A stretch of 64,000 nt of DNA from an uncultured Spirochaetales bacterium (GTDB lineage: Bacteria; Spirochaetota; Spirochaetia; Sphaerochaetales; Sphaerochaetaceae). The notes beneath the pieces are model-generated. The model searched no databases. It had not been told where the DNA came from and saw only the letters and a list, made by a program, of their open reading frames with translations. Position 1 is the stretch's first letter, and every line of letters begins with the position of its first letter. This document shows, in pieces, positions 26,645-36,665 of the stretch. The DNA is taken from positions 5,050-69,049 of the forward strand of contig CASDZV010000063.1 of the NCBI GenBank assembly GCA_949285905.1. Direction: 5' to 3'. The position numbers were made by a program, and so were the translations under genes.

Positions 26645-27805
26645 ATGTATACTCTAAAGCAGAGACTCGAAAACGAATATTATATTGAGGTGCGATACAC
26701 CAGAATTAGATATCCAAAGGATGGGGCATCTCCATATATTTTAAAAGACAATTTTGGGAAAAAGGACCTAGATCCAGATAACAAAAGATTCGTCATAGAT
26801 CAATTGTTTAAGGGTAAAATAGAAAAATGCAAAGAATTGGAATACGACGGTATTCAATATAAAGTCGATTTCGTAGAAGGAAAGGTAATCAGAATCTGGA
26901 ATCCAGAAAAATGCGAAGTCTACGAGTGCAAGTTTATTACTAGCTATCTGAACAAAATTGATGAAATAATCAAAATCAGTACCGATAAAAAAGTATATTT
27001 CCGGGGGCAGTCGTCAATACAAGACTGGCTTCCATCACTCTACAGGAAGACGCAGTGGGTTGAAAGTGAATACAAATTAAACTTGAATGTTCTCTCAAAG
27101 CATGTGGATGAGTTTAAAGATTGTAAAACTACTATAGAGAAATTAATAAAGCTCAAGCATTATAATCAGCCATCACGTCTTCTTGATATTGTTGCTAATC
27201 CTCTCATGGCTCTTTACTTTGCAGCAGATAACAGTGGAAATACAGGATTACCGGGTGCTGTAGCAGCTGTTTTTTCTGATCCGCGTAAGGAAAAATATAC
27301 CCTCAATAGTGACACAGTACTGCTTTTAGCAAATCTTTCAAATGTGGACTTTTCGGAATATTGGTGCATGAATGACAAAAATAAAGCATTACATAAGAAC
27401 GAATGCGGGAAGAATAATGATTATTTTTCCGAATTAGGGCATCAATGTAGAGTTGAATCAGGAATTGATAGTTATTTCGATAATCTGGGTAAGAATGAGA
27501 CAACATCAAACAGCGAGACATCAAAATGTATCATCATACGTCCGGAAATGAATAATCCTCGGATAATACAGCAACAGGGGCTATTTCTTTTATGTGGTTT
27601 TGATTATAACCAGCATTTAACTCTTCCATTAAGGGAATACAACAGCTTTTTTGAAGACAGTAATGGCAAAAGGGTATATTTCGTATTTTCTACAAGGACA
27701 ATGAAAATAATTAAGCAACAGCTTGCCACATATGGGATAAATAAAAGCCAAGTTTACTTTGACCTTGAGAAAACTATTGAATATGAAAGAGAGAATTGTC
27801 TTTGA
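26645..27805 (+). CDS. FRG-domain protein
   Basis: 386 aa. KKVYFRGQSSIQDWLPSLYR matches the (F/Y)RG signature that names the FRG domain, followed by LKHYNQPSRLLDIVANPLMALYFA and PRIIQQQGLFLL. Confidence 0.7.
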   Translation: MYTLKQRLENEYYIEVRYTRIRYPKDGASPYILKDNFGKKDLDPDNKRFVIDQLFKGKIEKCKELEYDGIQYKVDFVEGKVIRIWNPEKCEVYECKFITSYLNKIDEIIKISTDKKVYFRGQSSIQDWLPSLYRKTQWVESEYKLNLNVLSKHVDEFKDCKTTIEKLIKLKHYNQPSRLLDIVANPLMALYFAADNSGNTGLPGAVAAVFSDPRKEKYTLNSDTVLLLANLSNVDFSEYWCMNDKNKALHKNECGKNNDYFSELGHQCRVESGIDSYFDNLGKNETTSNSETSKCIIIRPEMNNPRIIQQQGLFLLCGFDYNQHLTLPLREYNSFFEDSNGKRVYFVFSTRTMKIIKQQLATYGINKSQVYFDLEKTIEYERENCL

Positions 27806-28111
27806 TTAACAAAGAAGCTTGTTAAATTAGCGATTGCATGTTGCGAATGAAATAGGACAGGTGGGCGTTGAAACGGACAGTATCTGCGGAGGGCAAGGCC
27901 AACCGCAGATGAGAAGGATCTCACTTTTCTTTTGAAACGACTACAAGGAAAGAGCCTTGTTGCCAATACGACATAATAAGGCTGTTGATACAGTATGAGG
28001 TTAGGTCTGTTTCTTTGCTCCTTTCGTATTTATGAGATAACTCCTTAATATCATAAGAGCTAAAAATTCTGAATTTTAAATACAGAATTTGCATATAATT
28101 TGCAAATTCGT

Positions 28112-28141
28112 TTGACAAAACCAAAATTATGCACATATTAT
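28112..28141 (+). promoter_or_regulatory. sigma70-like promoter for the ATPase cassette
   Basis: TTGACA (28112-28117), an 18 nt spacer, then TATTAT (28136-28141), 17 nt upstream of the ATG at 28159. It is preceded by a duplicated aatttgca motif. Confidence 0.4.
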
Positions 28142-28158
28142 TCCTTTGAGGGGAAAGA

Positions 28159-29397
28159 ATGTTACTGGAATTTACCTGTTCTAACCACAAATCAATAAAA
28201 GACAAAGTCGTGTTCTCTATGATTGCTGGAAGTGACAAGACCTTTGATGAATATCTTAAAGATATCGGATCTCATAAAGTGCTCCGTTCAGCTGTGATAT
28301 ATGGTCCCAATGGATCAGGGAAGAGCAATTTCATTAATGCTCTTGCTTTTGTAAGCAGCTTAGTTGCTACTAGCATAAACAATCAGCCAGGGCAGGGTGT
28401 TTATCAATCAAGGCATAAGCTGAGTGCGGAGGATACTCCTAGTGAATATACAATACAGTTTATACATGATGGGATAAGATATGCATATGGCTTTTATGTT
28501 GTGAAGAATAAGATTGATACTGAATATTTGTATTCTTTTCCTAAGGGAAGGCAGCTTAAGATATTTGAGCGATCTGGTCTTTCGGTAAAGCCAGGAGACA
28601 GATATAAATCAGATTTTGAATTAAGCACCACGATACTCAAGGATAATCGATTGTTTTTGTCATGCGCTGCAAATTACAGTAACGTGAAGGAGATAGAGGG
28701 CGCCTTTTTCTTCTTTTCCAAGGAAATGGTTGTTTATAACCCTGAGATTAATAATTGGACAGAGTATTCAATATCCTTGATGCAGAATGATGAGCAGATG
28801 AAAAGATTATTCATCAGCATACTCCAGTCACTGGGAACAGGAATAATAGATATAAGAGCTAAGTTGGAGAGTGTCAAATTATCTGATTTCCCGCAGCATG
28901 ATCAGCTGCCTGTTGCACTTAGGGATCTGATAGGAAATAAAGATCTTAATAAGATTGAGGCTAAAGTCATATATGATCAATTTGAAATTGATTTGATGAC
29001 AGAAGAGTCTGAAGGCATTAAAAGACTCTTTCAGATGATATGTCCTATCATTGATATTCTCAGTACGGGCAAGATCTTAATTTGTGATGAAATAGAATCA
29101 AGCCTGCATGAATCTATAGTATCGCAGATTGTACAGATGTTCCGCGACTATAAAAAGGATGCTTCCGCTCAGCTTATTTTCTCAACACATGATACCAGTC
29201 TTCTTGATCTGGATTTGTTCCGGCGGGATCAGATATGGTTCACTCAATTGAAGGATGATCGTTCAACTGATTTGTATTCCCTTGCGGAGGTGAGAAATGT
29301 CCGTAAATCCGAGAATATAGCTAAAGGTTATATCTCTGGAAAGTATGGAGCCATTCCGATGCTCAACAAATCATTCTTTGAGAATCTGGATAATTGA
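28159..29397 (+). CDS. ABC/SMC-like AAA ATPase (AAA_15/AAA_21-type)
   Basis: Walker A is IYGPNGSGKSNF, Walker B is ILICDEIESSLHESIV and the H-loop is IFSTHDTSLLD. The long insertion between Walker A and Walker B is typical of defence-associated ABC-like ATPases. Confidence 0.8.
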   Translation: MLLEFTCSNHKSIKDKVVFSMIAGSDKTFDEYLKDIGSHKVLRSAVIYGPNGSGKSNFINALAFVSSLVATSINNQPGQGVYQSRHKLSAEDTPSEYTIQFIHDGIRYAYGFYVVKNKIDTEYLYSFPKGRQLKIFERSGLSVKPGDRYKSDFELSTTILKDNRLFLSCAANYSNVKEIEGAFFFFSKEMVVYNPEINNWTEYSISLMQNDEQMKRLFISILQSLGTGIIDIRAKLESVKLSDFPQHDQLPVALRDLIGNKDLNKIEAKVIYDQFEIDLMTEESEGIKRLFQMICPIIDILSTGKILICDEIESSLHESIVSQIVQMFRDYKKDASAQLIFSTHDTSLLDLDLFRRDQIWFTQLKDDRSTDLYSLAEVRNVRKSENIAKGYISGKYGAIPMLNKSFFENLDN

Positions 29398-29417
29398 TTT
29401 CACTCGAGTGGGGGACA

Positions 29418-29921
29418 ATGATGGCTGAAAGGAATCTGGAATTATCATCTAGGAAAGAGGCCTGCCGAAATAAGGTTGCGGCAAATGTAATAAGGTTTGA
29501 TCTTAATCAGATACTGGGCCATTTCTCTGAGACTGCTTCAGCAATTAAAACTCAATTTGCTATTGCTGATGAATTGCAGGGTCTTGGTAAGGTAACAGAA
29601 GCTGAGTACATATGGAGAGCACAGATTATCTTTCTTGCTGGTGCCTTGGATTTCTATATGCATGAGCTGACAAAATTCGGACTCTGCGAGATTTATGACA
29701 ATAAATGGGACGAAACTGATAAATATAACAACATCATGATTCCAATGGAAGTTTTGGTAAAAGCTCTAAAAGGCGGAGAAGAAGCAGATTGGTTTCTTGA
29801 ATATATCAATAGCTATTTTCAAGCAGTAACTATGGTTTCCAATGACTCGATAAAATCGCAGTTTAATCTTTTGGGTATCAATTATCGGAATGTTGCAGAC
29901 AAAGCGTTTTATCAACAGTGA
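29418..29921 (+). CDS. hypothetical alpha-helical protein (possible N-terminal part of a HEPN-like protein)
   Basis: GGGGGA RBS, then the ATG at 29418. 167 aa with no recognisable motif. Its TGA overlaps the GTG of the next ORF (GTGA). Confidence 0.55.
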   Translation: MMAERNLELSSRKEACRNKVAANVIRFDLNQILGHFSETASAIKTQFAIADELQGLGKVTEAEYIWRAQIIFLAGALDFYMHELTKFGLCEIYDNKWDETDKYNNIMIPMEVLVKALKGGEEADWFLEYINSYFQAVTMVSNDSIKSQFNLLGINYRNVADKAFYQQ

Positions 29922-30121
29922 AGCGAAGAAAAACGGTAGATAAGCTGAAACTCCGTTTGAATGAATTGTTTTACAGACGCAACTTAATTGCACATCAGAC
30001 TGATAGACTTCATTCCGATGCCCAAAGAAAGAACATTTCCAAGGAGATTGTTACATTATTTATCGATGATGTGGAAAAAATTGGTCATGCAATTGATGCT
30101 GAAGTGAGAAACCTGTATTAG
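29918..30121 (+). CDS. small ORF with HEPN-type Rx4H motif
   Basis: 67 aa. LNELFYRRNLIAHQTD contains R-N-x-x-A-H (29978-29995), the core of many HEPN RNase families. It may be the frameshifted C-terminus of the preceding ORF. Confidence 0.5.
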   Translation: MKRRKTVDKLKLRLNELFYRRNLIAHQTDRLHSDAQRKNISKEIVTLFIDDVEKIGHAIDAEVRNLY

Positions 30122-30309
30122 GCCACTGCTACTTTGCGTAGCGTGTATGCCAATATGCTATCAATGATGGTCGCCACGATGGAACCATGGAATTCAAGCC
30201 CTCGGAATATGGCCTGTGACCATTGCTTTTTTTCAAAATCATATTGTTCTCATGGCATAAATCCAAGATATGGCAGCTACATCATCTTTGCCGATACAGC
30301 ACTCCCCAA

Positions 30310-30744
30310 TCAGGTAATGACGCCTTTCTGGATGATTGCATTAGCGTATAGAGATTCCTCTCCGGTTGCGATGATTGCATATGCTTTCTTTGCCTCATCA
30401 TAGAACTCGAATCGTTCCAGGTAGCCGATATCACTTTTCTTCCCACCATGTTTCTCAACGATTGCCTCGTATTTCGGAATTATAGGAGTCTCTGCTTTAT
30501 CCCCATCAACTTTCTTCATCAGAAGAACAGGAGTGTCTGTGTAAGTGTCCAAAGGAATAAGAGTGAGAATGGCCTCCAGCACATCGTCAGCATTGATACC
30601 ATCCATTCTGATAACTTTTCCGTCCTGGGCAAGACTTGTTGCCGGGAAGTTCCCATCACCTATGACAATCCTGTCTCCATGTCCCATCTCTGAAAGTATC
30701 TTGAGAAGTTCCGGCGGTATTATTTTTGGTATTCCATTAAGCAT
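30310..30744 (-). CDS. fucU: L-fucose mutarotase (RbsD/FucU family)
   Basis: MLNGIPKIIPPELLKILSEMGHGDRIVIGDGNFPA is the FucU/RbsD N-terminal signature. It is the last gene of the fuc operon. Confidence 0.85.
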   Translation of the reverse strand: MLNGIPKIIPPELLKILSEMGHGDRIVIGDGNFPATSLAQDGKVIRMDGINADDVLEAILTLIPLDTYTDTPVLLMKKVDGDKAETPIIPKYEAIVEKHGGKKSDIGYLERFEFYDEAKKAYAIIATGEESLYANAIIQKGVIT

Positions 30745-30760
30745 TGTTCTGTCCCTTTTT

Positions 30761-31438
30761 TCAGCTGTATTTTCTGTATCCTGGATGACGGCCTGTCACT
30801 TTATAGTCTTCCCGCATCGATATAAGCCGTTCGATAGTATTTCCTGGAAGCTCTTTTGCACCTCCGAGAAGATGGGCATTCATGCTGATTTTCGCAAAAA
30901 GTTCCAGTGTCTCCATTCTGTAATATGCAGTCATGATATCTGCGCCGACTGTCAGTGCTCCATGGTTTGCAAGCAGCATTGCATCATGATTCTCGAGATA
31001 AGGTGCAATCGCTTCAGGTACCTCATTTGTAGATGGTGTTCCAAAGGGCGTCACCGGTACACTTCCGATAGCAATCACAGTCTCTATCATTGAATAGTCA
31101 TCAAGCGGAATGCCGGCAACAGCATATCCTGTAGCTACAGGAGGATGTGCGTGCACTACTGCTTTTACATCGTCGCGTTCCTCATAGCATCTGATGTGCA
31201 TTTTGAATTCTGATGAGTATCGGTAACCAGATGGGGAGTCGATGATGTTTCCTTTCTTATCTGCAATCACAAGCATCTCGGGTGTGATGAAGCTTTTGCT
31301 GATGCCTGTTGGCGTGACCATTATGTTGCCGTCCGGGAGCAGGGCAGAGACGTTCCCGTCATTTGCTGCAACCCATCCAAGCTGCCACATCCTGTGACAG
31401 ACATCGCATATTACGTTTCTCATTTTGTCATGTGTCAT
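30761..31438 (-). CDS. fucA: class II aldolase, probable L-fuculose-1-phosphate aldolase
   Basis: 225 aa. The motifs GNVSA, VHAHPP and ANHGALTVG belong to the class II aldolase/adducin fold. The gene lies between the kinase and mutarotase genes. Confidence 0.75.
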   Translation of the reverse strand: MTHDKMRNVICDVCHRMWQLGWVAANDGNVSALLPDGNIMVTPTGISKSFITPEMLVIADKKGNIIDSPSGYRYSSEFKMHIRCYEERDDVKAVVHAHPPVATGYAVAGIPLDDYSMIETVIAIGSVPVTPFGTPSTNEVPEAIAPYLENHDAMLLANHGALTVGADIMTAYYRMETLELFAKISMNAHLLGGAKELPGNTIERLISMREDYKVTGRHPGYRKYS

Positions 31439-31449
31439 TGCATCTCTCC

Positions 31450-32850
31450 TTATCTTGTCATGATTCTCTTGTATCTGTTATAGGCCTCATCCCAGACTGT
31501 TGCATTGTCAGGCTCGACAGTCCGGATTTCGCTCAGCTCAGAGACGAGTTTCCTCGCTTCTTTCAGGCTAGGGATTTCTCCTCTTGTCATGAACTGTATG
31601 AGCGCGTTTCCATAAGCTGTCGCCTCTACAGGTCCAGCTATGACCGGAATAGCCAATGAGGATGATGTGAAAGAGCAGAGCAGTGCTGACTTGGAACCGC
31701 CGCCTACAATGTGTATTTCCTCATAATGCTTTCCTGTGCATTGCTCTATCTTGTCACGCGTGAGCCTGTATTTCATCGCAAGGCTCTCATTGACAAGACG
31801 GAAAATCTCACCATCGCTAGCCGGTATTTTCTGATCCGTATCACGTATATAGCTGAGTATCCGTTCCTTCATAGGACCCGGGGCCTTGAATATAGGTGCA
31901 TCGGTGTCTATGAATGCAATGAAAGGGGCTGAAGCAGCGGCTTCTTCTTCCATCTCATCATAGCTCTTCTTCAGTTCTTTCTTCAGGCATTGCAGTATCC
32001 AGAGTCCTGTGATGTTCTTCATGAAAAGATTCTTCCCATCAAATCCAGTTTCATTTGTGAATGCAGATTCCTTACTGAGCTCAGTTATGATAGGACTGTC
32101 TGTTTCCGTTCCCATCAGCGACCAGGTACCACAGCTGAGAAATAAGAAGTCCTGTTTCTCTGAAGGAATGGCTACAGCAGCTGCTTCTGTATCATGTCCG
32201 CATCCGGAGATTATTGAGACGCTGCTGCCATGCTTGTACTCCCCGATACGCTTGCCTGACGCCTTGGCCGGAAGAAATGAGAAATCGCTGAGCCCAAGAA
32301 TGTGTATCAGATCTGTATCCCAGCTTCTGGTATGCGGGTTGATGAGACCCGATGTGGATGCGATGCTGATTTCCGTATTCATTATCCCAGACAGTCTGAA
32401 GAGAATGTAATCAGGGATGAACATCACAAGGCCTCTTTGCTGTTCTGCCATGAGCTGAAAGAGAGTATTTATCTCCAGAACTTCAATACCAGTTCTCATA
32501 TACAGCTCTTTTGCTGAGATTATCTTTTCTGCTTTCTGGATTGCTCCATCAGTCCTTTCATCACGATAGCAGAACGGGGTATTAAATACTGAGCCATCCG
32601 CATCGAGAAGTACATAATCCACGCCCCAGGTATCAACACTGATGCTGTCACCGGCACAGAAAGATATCTTCTCAAGACCAGCTCCTATTTCATTCTCGAT
32701 GCGGTCAAGATTCCATCGGAGGGTATCGCCTTCAATAAGGTAATTATCAAAGCGATGTATTACATCGAGGCTGAGTGTTCCTTCAGAGAGGGTTACTGAA
32801 ATAACTCTCCCTGAGGATGCGCCTAAATCTATTGCAATTGCTTTTTTCAT
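31450..32850 (-). CDS. fucK: FGGY-family sugar kinase (L-fuculokinase / rhamnulokinase-like)
   Basis: The ATG at 32850 gives MKKAIAIDLGASSGRVI (RhaB-like FGGY N-terminus) and a later HIVGGGSKS. The longer listed ORF extends into fucI. Confidence 0.75.
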   Translation of the reverse strand: MKKAIAIDLGASSGRVISVTLSEGTLSLDVIHRFDNYLIEGDTLRWNLDRIENEIGAGLEKISFCAGDSISVDTWGVDYVLLDADGSVFNTPFCYRDERTDGAIQKAEKIISAKELYMRTGIEVLEINTLFQLMAEQQRGLVMFIPDYILFRLSGIMNTEISIASTSGLINPHTRSWDTDLIHILGLSDFSFLPAKASGKRIGEYKHGSSVSIISGCGHDTEAAAVAIPSEKQDFLFLSCGTWSLMGTETDSPIITELSKESAFTNETGFDGKNLFMKNITGLWILQCLKKELKKSYDEMEEEAAASAPFIAFIDTDAPIFKAPGPMKERILSYIRDTDQKIPASDGEIFRLVNESLAMKYRLTRDKIEQCTGKHYEEIHIVGGGSKSALLCSFTSSSLAIPVIAGPVEATAYGNALIQFMTRGEIPSLKEARKLVSELSEIRTVEPDNATVWDEAYNRYKRIMTR

Positions 32851-32851
32851 A

Positions 32852-34639
32852 TTACTTTCTGAATTCCGGTCCATATATCTGACAGGCTCTGAAATCCTGC
32901 CCTTCTTTGTCCATACCGAATGCATTCCAGCATGCGGGACGGAATATCTCATCATCGGAAATGTTATGCATAGCAACAGGAATTCTGAGCATTGAGCAGA
33001 GTGTAATCAGATCGGATCCTATGTGCCCATAGGAGATGGCTCCATGATTTGCACCCCAGTTGTTCATCACGCTGTATGCGTTGCTGAAAGCGCCCTGACC
33101 ATTGCAACGCGGTACGAACCATGTGCATGGCCATGTGTAATCTGTCCACTTCCACAGCGCATCTGACACCTTTTCAGGCAGTGATATAGTCCAGCCTTCT
33201 GCTATCTGGAATACAGGACCGAGTCCTTTCACGATATTAAGCCGCGACATTGTTACAGGCATCTCGTATTTCGTCTCGAACCTTGAGGAGTATCCACCAC
33301 CGCGGAAATAGCCGAAATTGGCAGGACTCCATTCTGTTGCCTTGAGAATTCTCTCTTCATCTTCTTCTGTTATATCGAACCACTGTTTAATCAGATGAAG
33401 GCCATTCTCTGTCGCTTCACCTGTTGCATCGAGGCATGCTGCACCGCTGTTTATGAGATGAATGAAACCTCCAGCATCTTTTGCTTTGCCATCAATATCG
33501 TATCCCGTTGCTTCTTTCACGGCAGATGCTGACCAGTATGTGCGTACATCCGCGAAAATCTGAGGCCTGTTTGTCAGCAGCTTCATGAAGAGCATACTTG
33601 TGCCATTGAGTGTGTCATTCTCTGTTGCGAGAATATATGGCTCTCTTTTCCCGTTCCAGTCGAATGAAGAGTTGAGAACCGATTCTGAGAAGTCTCCATT
33701 AGGATAGAAATCCGTCCACTGTCTCTGTCCCTGGAAGCCTCCAGCAATAGCATTATGCCCGAGTTTCTCCTCGCTGAACTCATCAGGAAGCTTGTCGTTG
33801 CCATTCATCAGGTCTTTGATGATGAGTGCCATTTTCACAGTGAATTCCCAGCTTTTTTCCATCTCGCCACCGCTTCGTCTGACGAAGTCCGGGTTTGTAT
33901 CGAGACCAGTTCTGCAATATTTGTTTTTCCAGACTATTGCTTTTTCGTACTCTGCGTGATCGTAGATGCCGATCTGCATGCGTCTGATGATCTCAACTTC
34001 GTCTACGGATTCAACTCTCATTCCGAGATAATCTTCAAAGAAGTCATAATTGATGGAAGAGCCTGCGATTCCCATACACTGCGCACCTATCTGAAGATAG
34101 CTTTTGCCTCTCATTGTCGCTGCTGCGACAGCAGCTCTGGTAAAACGGAGCAGTTTCTCCTTTACATCCTCGGGTATTTCTCCGTCTTCCAGCTGTACAT
34201 CTTTGCCATATATCCCGAATGCAGGAAGTCCCTTCTGCGCATGAGCTGCAAGAACTGCTGCAAGGTATACCGCCCCAGGCCTTTCTGTTCCGTTGTGGCC
34301 CCAGACTGCTTTGATCGTATGTGGATCCATGTCCATTGTCTCGCTGCCATAACACCAGCATGGAGTGACTGTTATTGTAATCTTCACGTTGTTTTTACTG
34401 AAATAGTCAGCACATGCAGCGGCTTCTGCAACGCGTCCGATAGTGGTTTGGGAGATGATTACTTTCACCGGTGAGCCGTTTGAGTACCTAAGATTCTCTT
34501 CCAGAAGCTTCTTGGCCTTTTCTGCCATTCCCATTGTCTGTGCTTCCAGAGAGCCTCTGACATCTAGTGCGCCTTTCCTGCCATCTATTACAGGTCTTAT
34601 TCCGATTACTGGGTATGAGTCCTTGTAGCGGTTTGCCAT
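32852..34639 (-). CDS. fucI: L-fucose isomerase
   Basis: GGAGAA RBS, then the ATG at 34639. [21 protein letters not shown] is the typical FucI N-terminus. About 595 aa, with [14 protein letters not shown] near the C-terminus. Confidence 0.9.
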   Translation of the reverse strand: MANRYKDSYPVIGIRPVIDGRKGALDVRGSLEAQTMGMAEKAKKLLEENLRYSNGSPVKVIISQTTIGRVAEAAACADYFSKNNVKITITVTPCWCYGSETMDMDPHTIKAVWGHNGTERPGAVYLAAVLAAHAQKGLPAFGIYGKDVQLEDGEIPEDVKEKLLRFTRAAVAAATMRGKSYLQIGAQCMGIAGSSINYDFFEDYLGMRVESVDEVEIIRRMQIGIYDHAEYEKAIVWKNKYCRTGLDTNPDFVRRSGGEMEKSWEFTVKMALIIKDLMNGNDKLPDEFSEEKLGHNAIAGGFQGQRQWTDFYPNGDFSESVLNSSFDWNGKREPYILATENDTLNGTSMLFMKLLTNRPQIFADVRTYWSASAVKEATGYDIDGKAKDAGGFIHLINSGAACLDATGEATENGLHLIKQWFDITEEDEERILKATEWSPANFGYFRGGGYSSRFETKYEMPVTMSRLNIVKGLGPVFQIAEGWTISLPEKVSDALWKWTDYTWPCTWFVPRCNGQGAFSNAYSVMNNWGANHGAISYGHIGSDLITLCSMLRIPVAMHNISDDEIFRPACWNAFGMDKEGQDFRACQIYGPEFRK

Positions 34640-34725
34640 GTTGTTCTCCTTCTGATTATGAGGATAAGGCTCATTTTCCATTTGTCTTGGTGTATAATGG
34701 GTAAAAACTAGGATTATTTTCAGAT

Positions 34726-35631
34726 ATGCAACGGACCGGAACAAGAGAAGATAAGAAAAGAGGTACAAAGGATTTCCCGATAGCATTCTATCATGTGGAC
34801 AGCATGCATCCCCGGTATCAGATGACATTCCACTGGCATCTGGAGTTTGAGATTATTATTATACATTCAGGGCATTTCGAACTTCATATTGAGGAGAGAT
34901 CATTCCGTCTGGGAGAAGGGGATATCGTTTTCATCGACGCAGGACTCGTTCATGGCGGAATTCCGTTTGATGCGGTATATGACTGCATTGTATTCAATCC
35001 AGAGCTTATCAGGCATCGTAATTATCTTGATGATGTTTTCGTACGGGATGTGCTTCATCACAGGATTCATCTGATACCCTGCATCAGAGCATCAGAATAT
35101 GACAAGAATGCTGTTCTGTGTCTTGCTTTGTCTCTTCTTGTCAAAGCTTTCTCCCATCCGGGACAGGAAGGAAATGCTTTGATAATAACGGCAGCCCTCA
35201 AACTGTTTTTCTCATACTATGAATTGCAAGGACTTTATAGCAGAGATGAATTTGCCAGAAGCAGGGGCTGGCGCGGTGTGGAACAGATTAAAGCTGTGAT
35301 TGAGTATATTGATGATAACTTCAGCAAGCAGCTGACACTTGATGAGCTGAGTCATGTTGCAGGGTTGAGTACCAGGTATTTCTGCTCATTTTTCAAGGAG
35401 TTCACAGGCCGCACCTGCTTTGATTACATCAATTCAGTGAAGATGGAGAATGCTGCGATCATGCTATCCGACAGGGATAGAAGTATCAGTGAGATTTCCT
35501 ATGCAGTTGGATTCGAGGATTCTTCTTATTTCTCGAGACTCTTCAAGAAATATATGAACCAGTCTCCCCGCGAATACAGGAAGCGGATGGAAGAATCTGA
35601 AATCAGCATGCAAACAGATCAGATGGTGTAG
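34726..35631 (+). CDS. AraC-family regulator (cupin plus HTH), divergent from fucI
   Basis: N-terminal cupin ([15 protein letters not shown]) and C-terminal AraC HTH ([26 protein letters not shown]...[19 protein letters not shown]). Confidence 0.85.
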   Translation: MQRTGTREDKKRGTKDFPIAFYHVDSMHPRYQMTFHWHLEFEIIIIHSGHFELHIEERSFRLGEGDIVFIDAGLVHGGIPFDAVYDCIVFNPELIRHRNYLDDVFVRDVLHHRIHLIPCIRASEYDKNAVLCLALSLLVKAFSHPGQEGNALIITAALKLFFSYYELQGLYSRDEFARSRGWRGVEQIKAVIEYIDDNFSKQLTLDELSHVAGLSTRYFCSFFKEFTGRTCFDYINSVKMENAAIMLSDRDRSISEISYAVGFEDSSYFSRLFKKYMNQSPREYRKRMEESEISMQTDQMV

Positions 35632-35655
35632 AATAAAACATCAAGGGAGGTTGCA

Positions 35656-36552
35656 TTGGAATCGTTAGGAACAACGATGTTTTCCGATTTGAGTATTCTC
35701 TGGATTGGCAGATATGACTATCCAGCGGGGAGAGAGCTGGGAATGCATTCGCATAGTGGTTATCATCAATTGCTGTACTGCGTAGGAGGGGAGGCTGTCG
35801 TGATGCATGACCAGCATGATTTTCCTTTCCACAGGCATTCAATGCATCTTATACAGCCTGGAAACCAGCATGGTATACGTCCTATCGCACACGGTACATT
35901 GGAGACCCTTGACATCAAATTCATTGTAAACAATGAAGAACTCGCAATGAAATTGACAGCGCTTCCACCTGTGATGGAAGCTCCGGATGACAAATTCAGA
36001 AACATGCTTGAGAAAATCAGGAAGGTGGGGGATGAACGGAATGTTGAGTACATGGCCATGTGCCAGCTGCTGCTGGGACAACTCTTATTAGAGCTTATGA
36101 AACTTAACGCAAACTCCTCTACAGAGGAGCGTGAAATGCCTGATAACCTGTATTATCCTGAGAATATTTCTGATATAAGCAAGAAGATCATAGAGTACAT
36201 AGCTGAAAATTACAGAGAAAAAATCAAAGCACAGGATTTTGAGCATTATATGAATTTGTCATACCGCTATTTATCTAAGCTGTTTATAAATGACCTCGAT
36301 ATGACGCCTATGGATTATCTTGAGTATTATAGGTGCAGTAGCGCCAAGAAGATGCTTGCTACAAGCAATTTGGAGATAAAGCAGATAGCAGAACTCATCG
36401 GTTATCCGAATGTGCATCAGTTTTCACGTTCTTTTTCCAGAAGCATGAAAATTCCTCCTGGGGCATATCGTAAATCCATACGGTACGGTATCAAGAAAGA
36501 TGTCAGTTTCAATACGGATTTTGTCAATGGAGATAATACATTCGGTCTCTGA
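35656..36552 (+). CDS. AraC-family regulator (second, tandem)
   Basis: Cupin-like N-terminus (GMHSHSGYHQLLYCVGGE) and AraC HTH (FEHYMNLSYRYLSKLF...HQFSRSFSRSMKIPPGAYR). Confidence 0.85.
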   Translation: MESLGTTMFSDLSILWIGRYDYPAGRELGMHSHSGYHQLLYCVGGEAVVMHDQHDFPFHRHSMHLIQPGNQHGIRPIAHGTLETLDIKFIVNNEELAMKLTALPPVMEAPDDKFRNMLEKIRKVGDERNVEYMAMCQLLLGQLLLELMKLNANSSTEEREMPDNLYYPENISDISKKIIEYIAENYREKIKAQDFEHYMNLSYRYLSKLFINDLDMTPMDYLEYYRCSSAKKMLATSNLEIKQIAELIGYPNVHQFSRSFSRSMKIPPGAYRKSIRYGIKKDVSFNTDFVNGDNTFGL

Positions 36553-36665
36553 TTTCAGTTCCGATTATGATAAAAACCAATCCAAGACAGCTAAATACAA
36601 ATGCATGAACGTATTGTGTAATTCTTGGTGGAAGCACGCAAGTTTCTGCAAAAAAGGAGGACACT

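Noticed and set aside
27754-28238. Minus-strand ORFs 27754-27966 and 27921-28238 in the gap between the FRG gene and the ATPase
   Set aside because: They overlap the ends of well-supported plus-strand genes and the predicted promoter, with no RBS or motif. The 7 bp hairpin tctgcgg...ccgcaga at about 27885-27911 was noted, but it is not repeated elsewhere.
29905-29920. Programmed -1 ribosomal frameshift joining the two ORFs after the ATPase
   Set aside because: There is no canonical X XXY YYZ slippery heptamer in the zero frame, and no obvious downstream pseudoknot. Mutation or simple coupling is more parsimonious.
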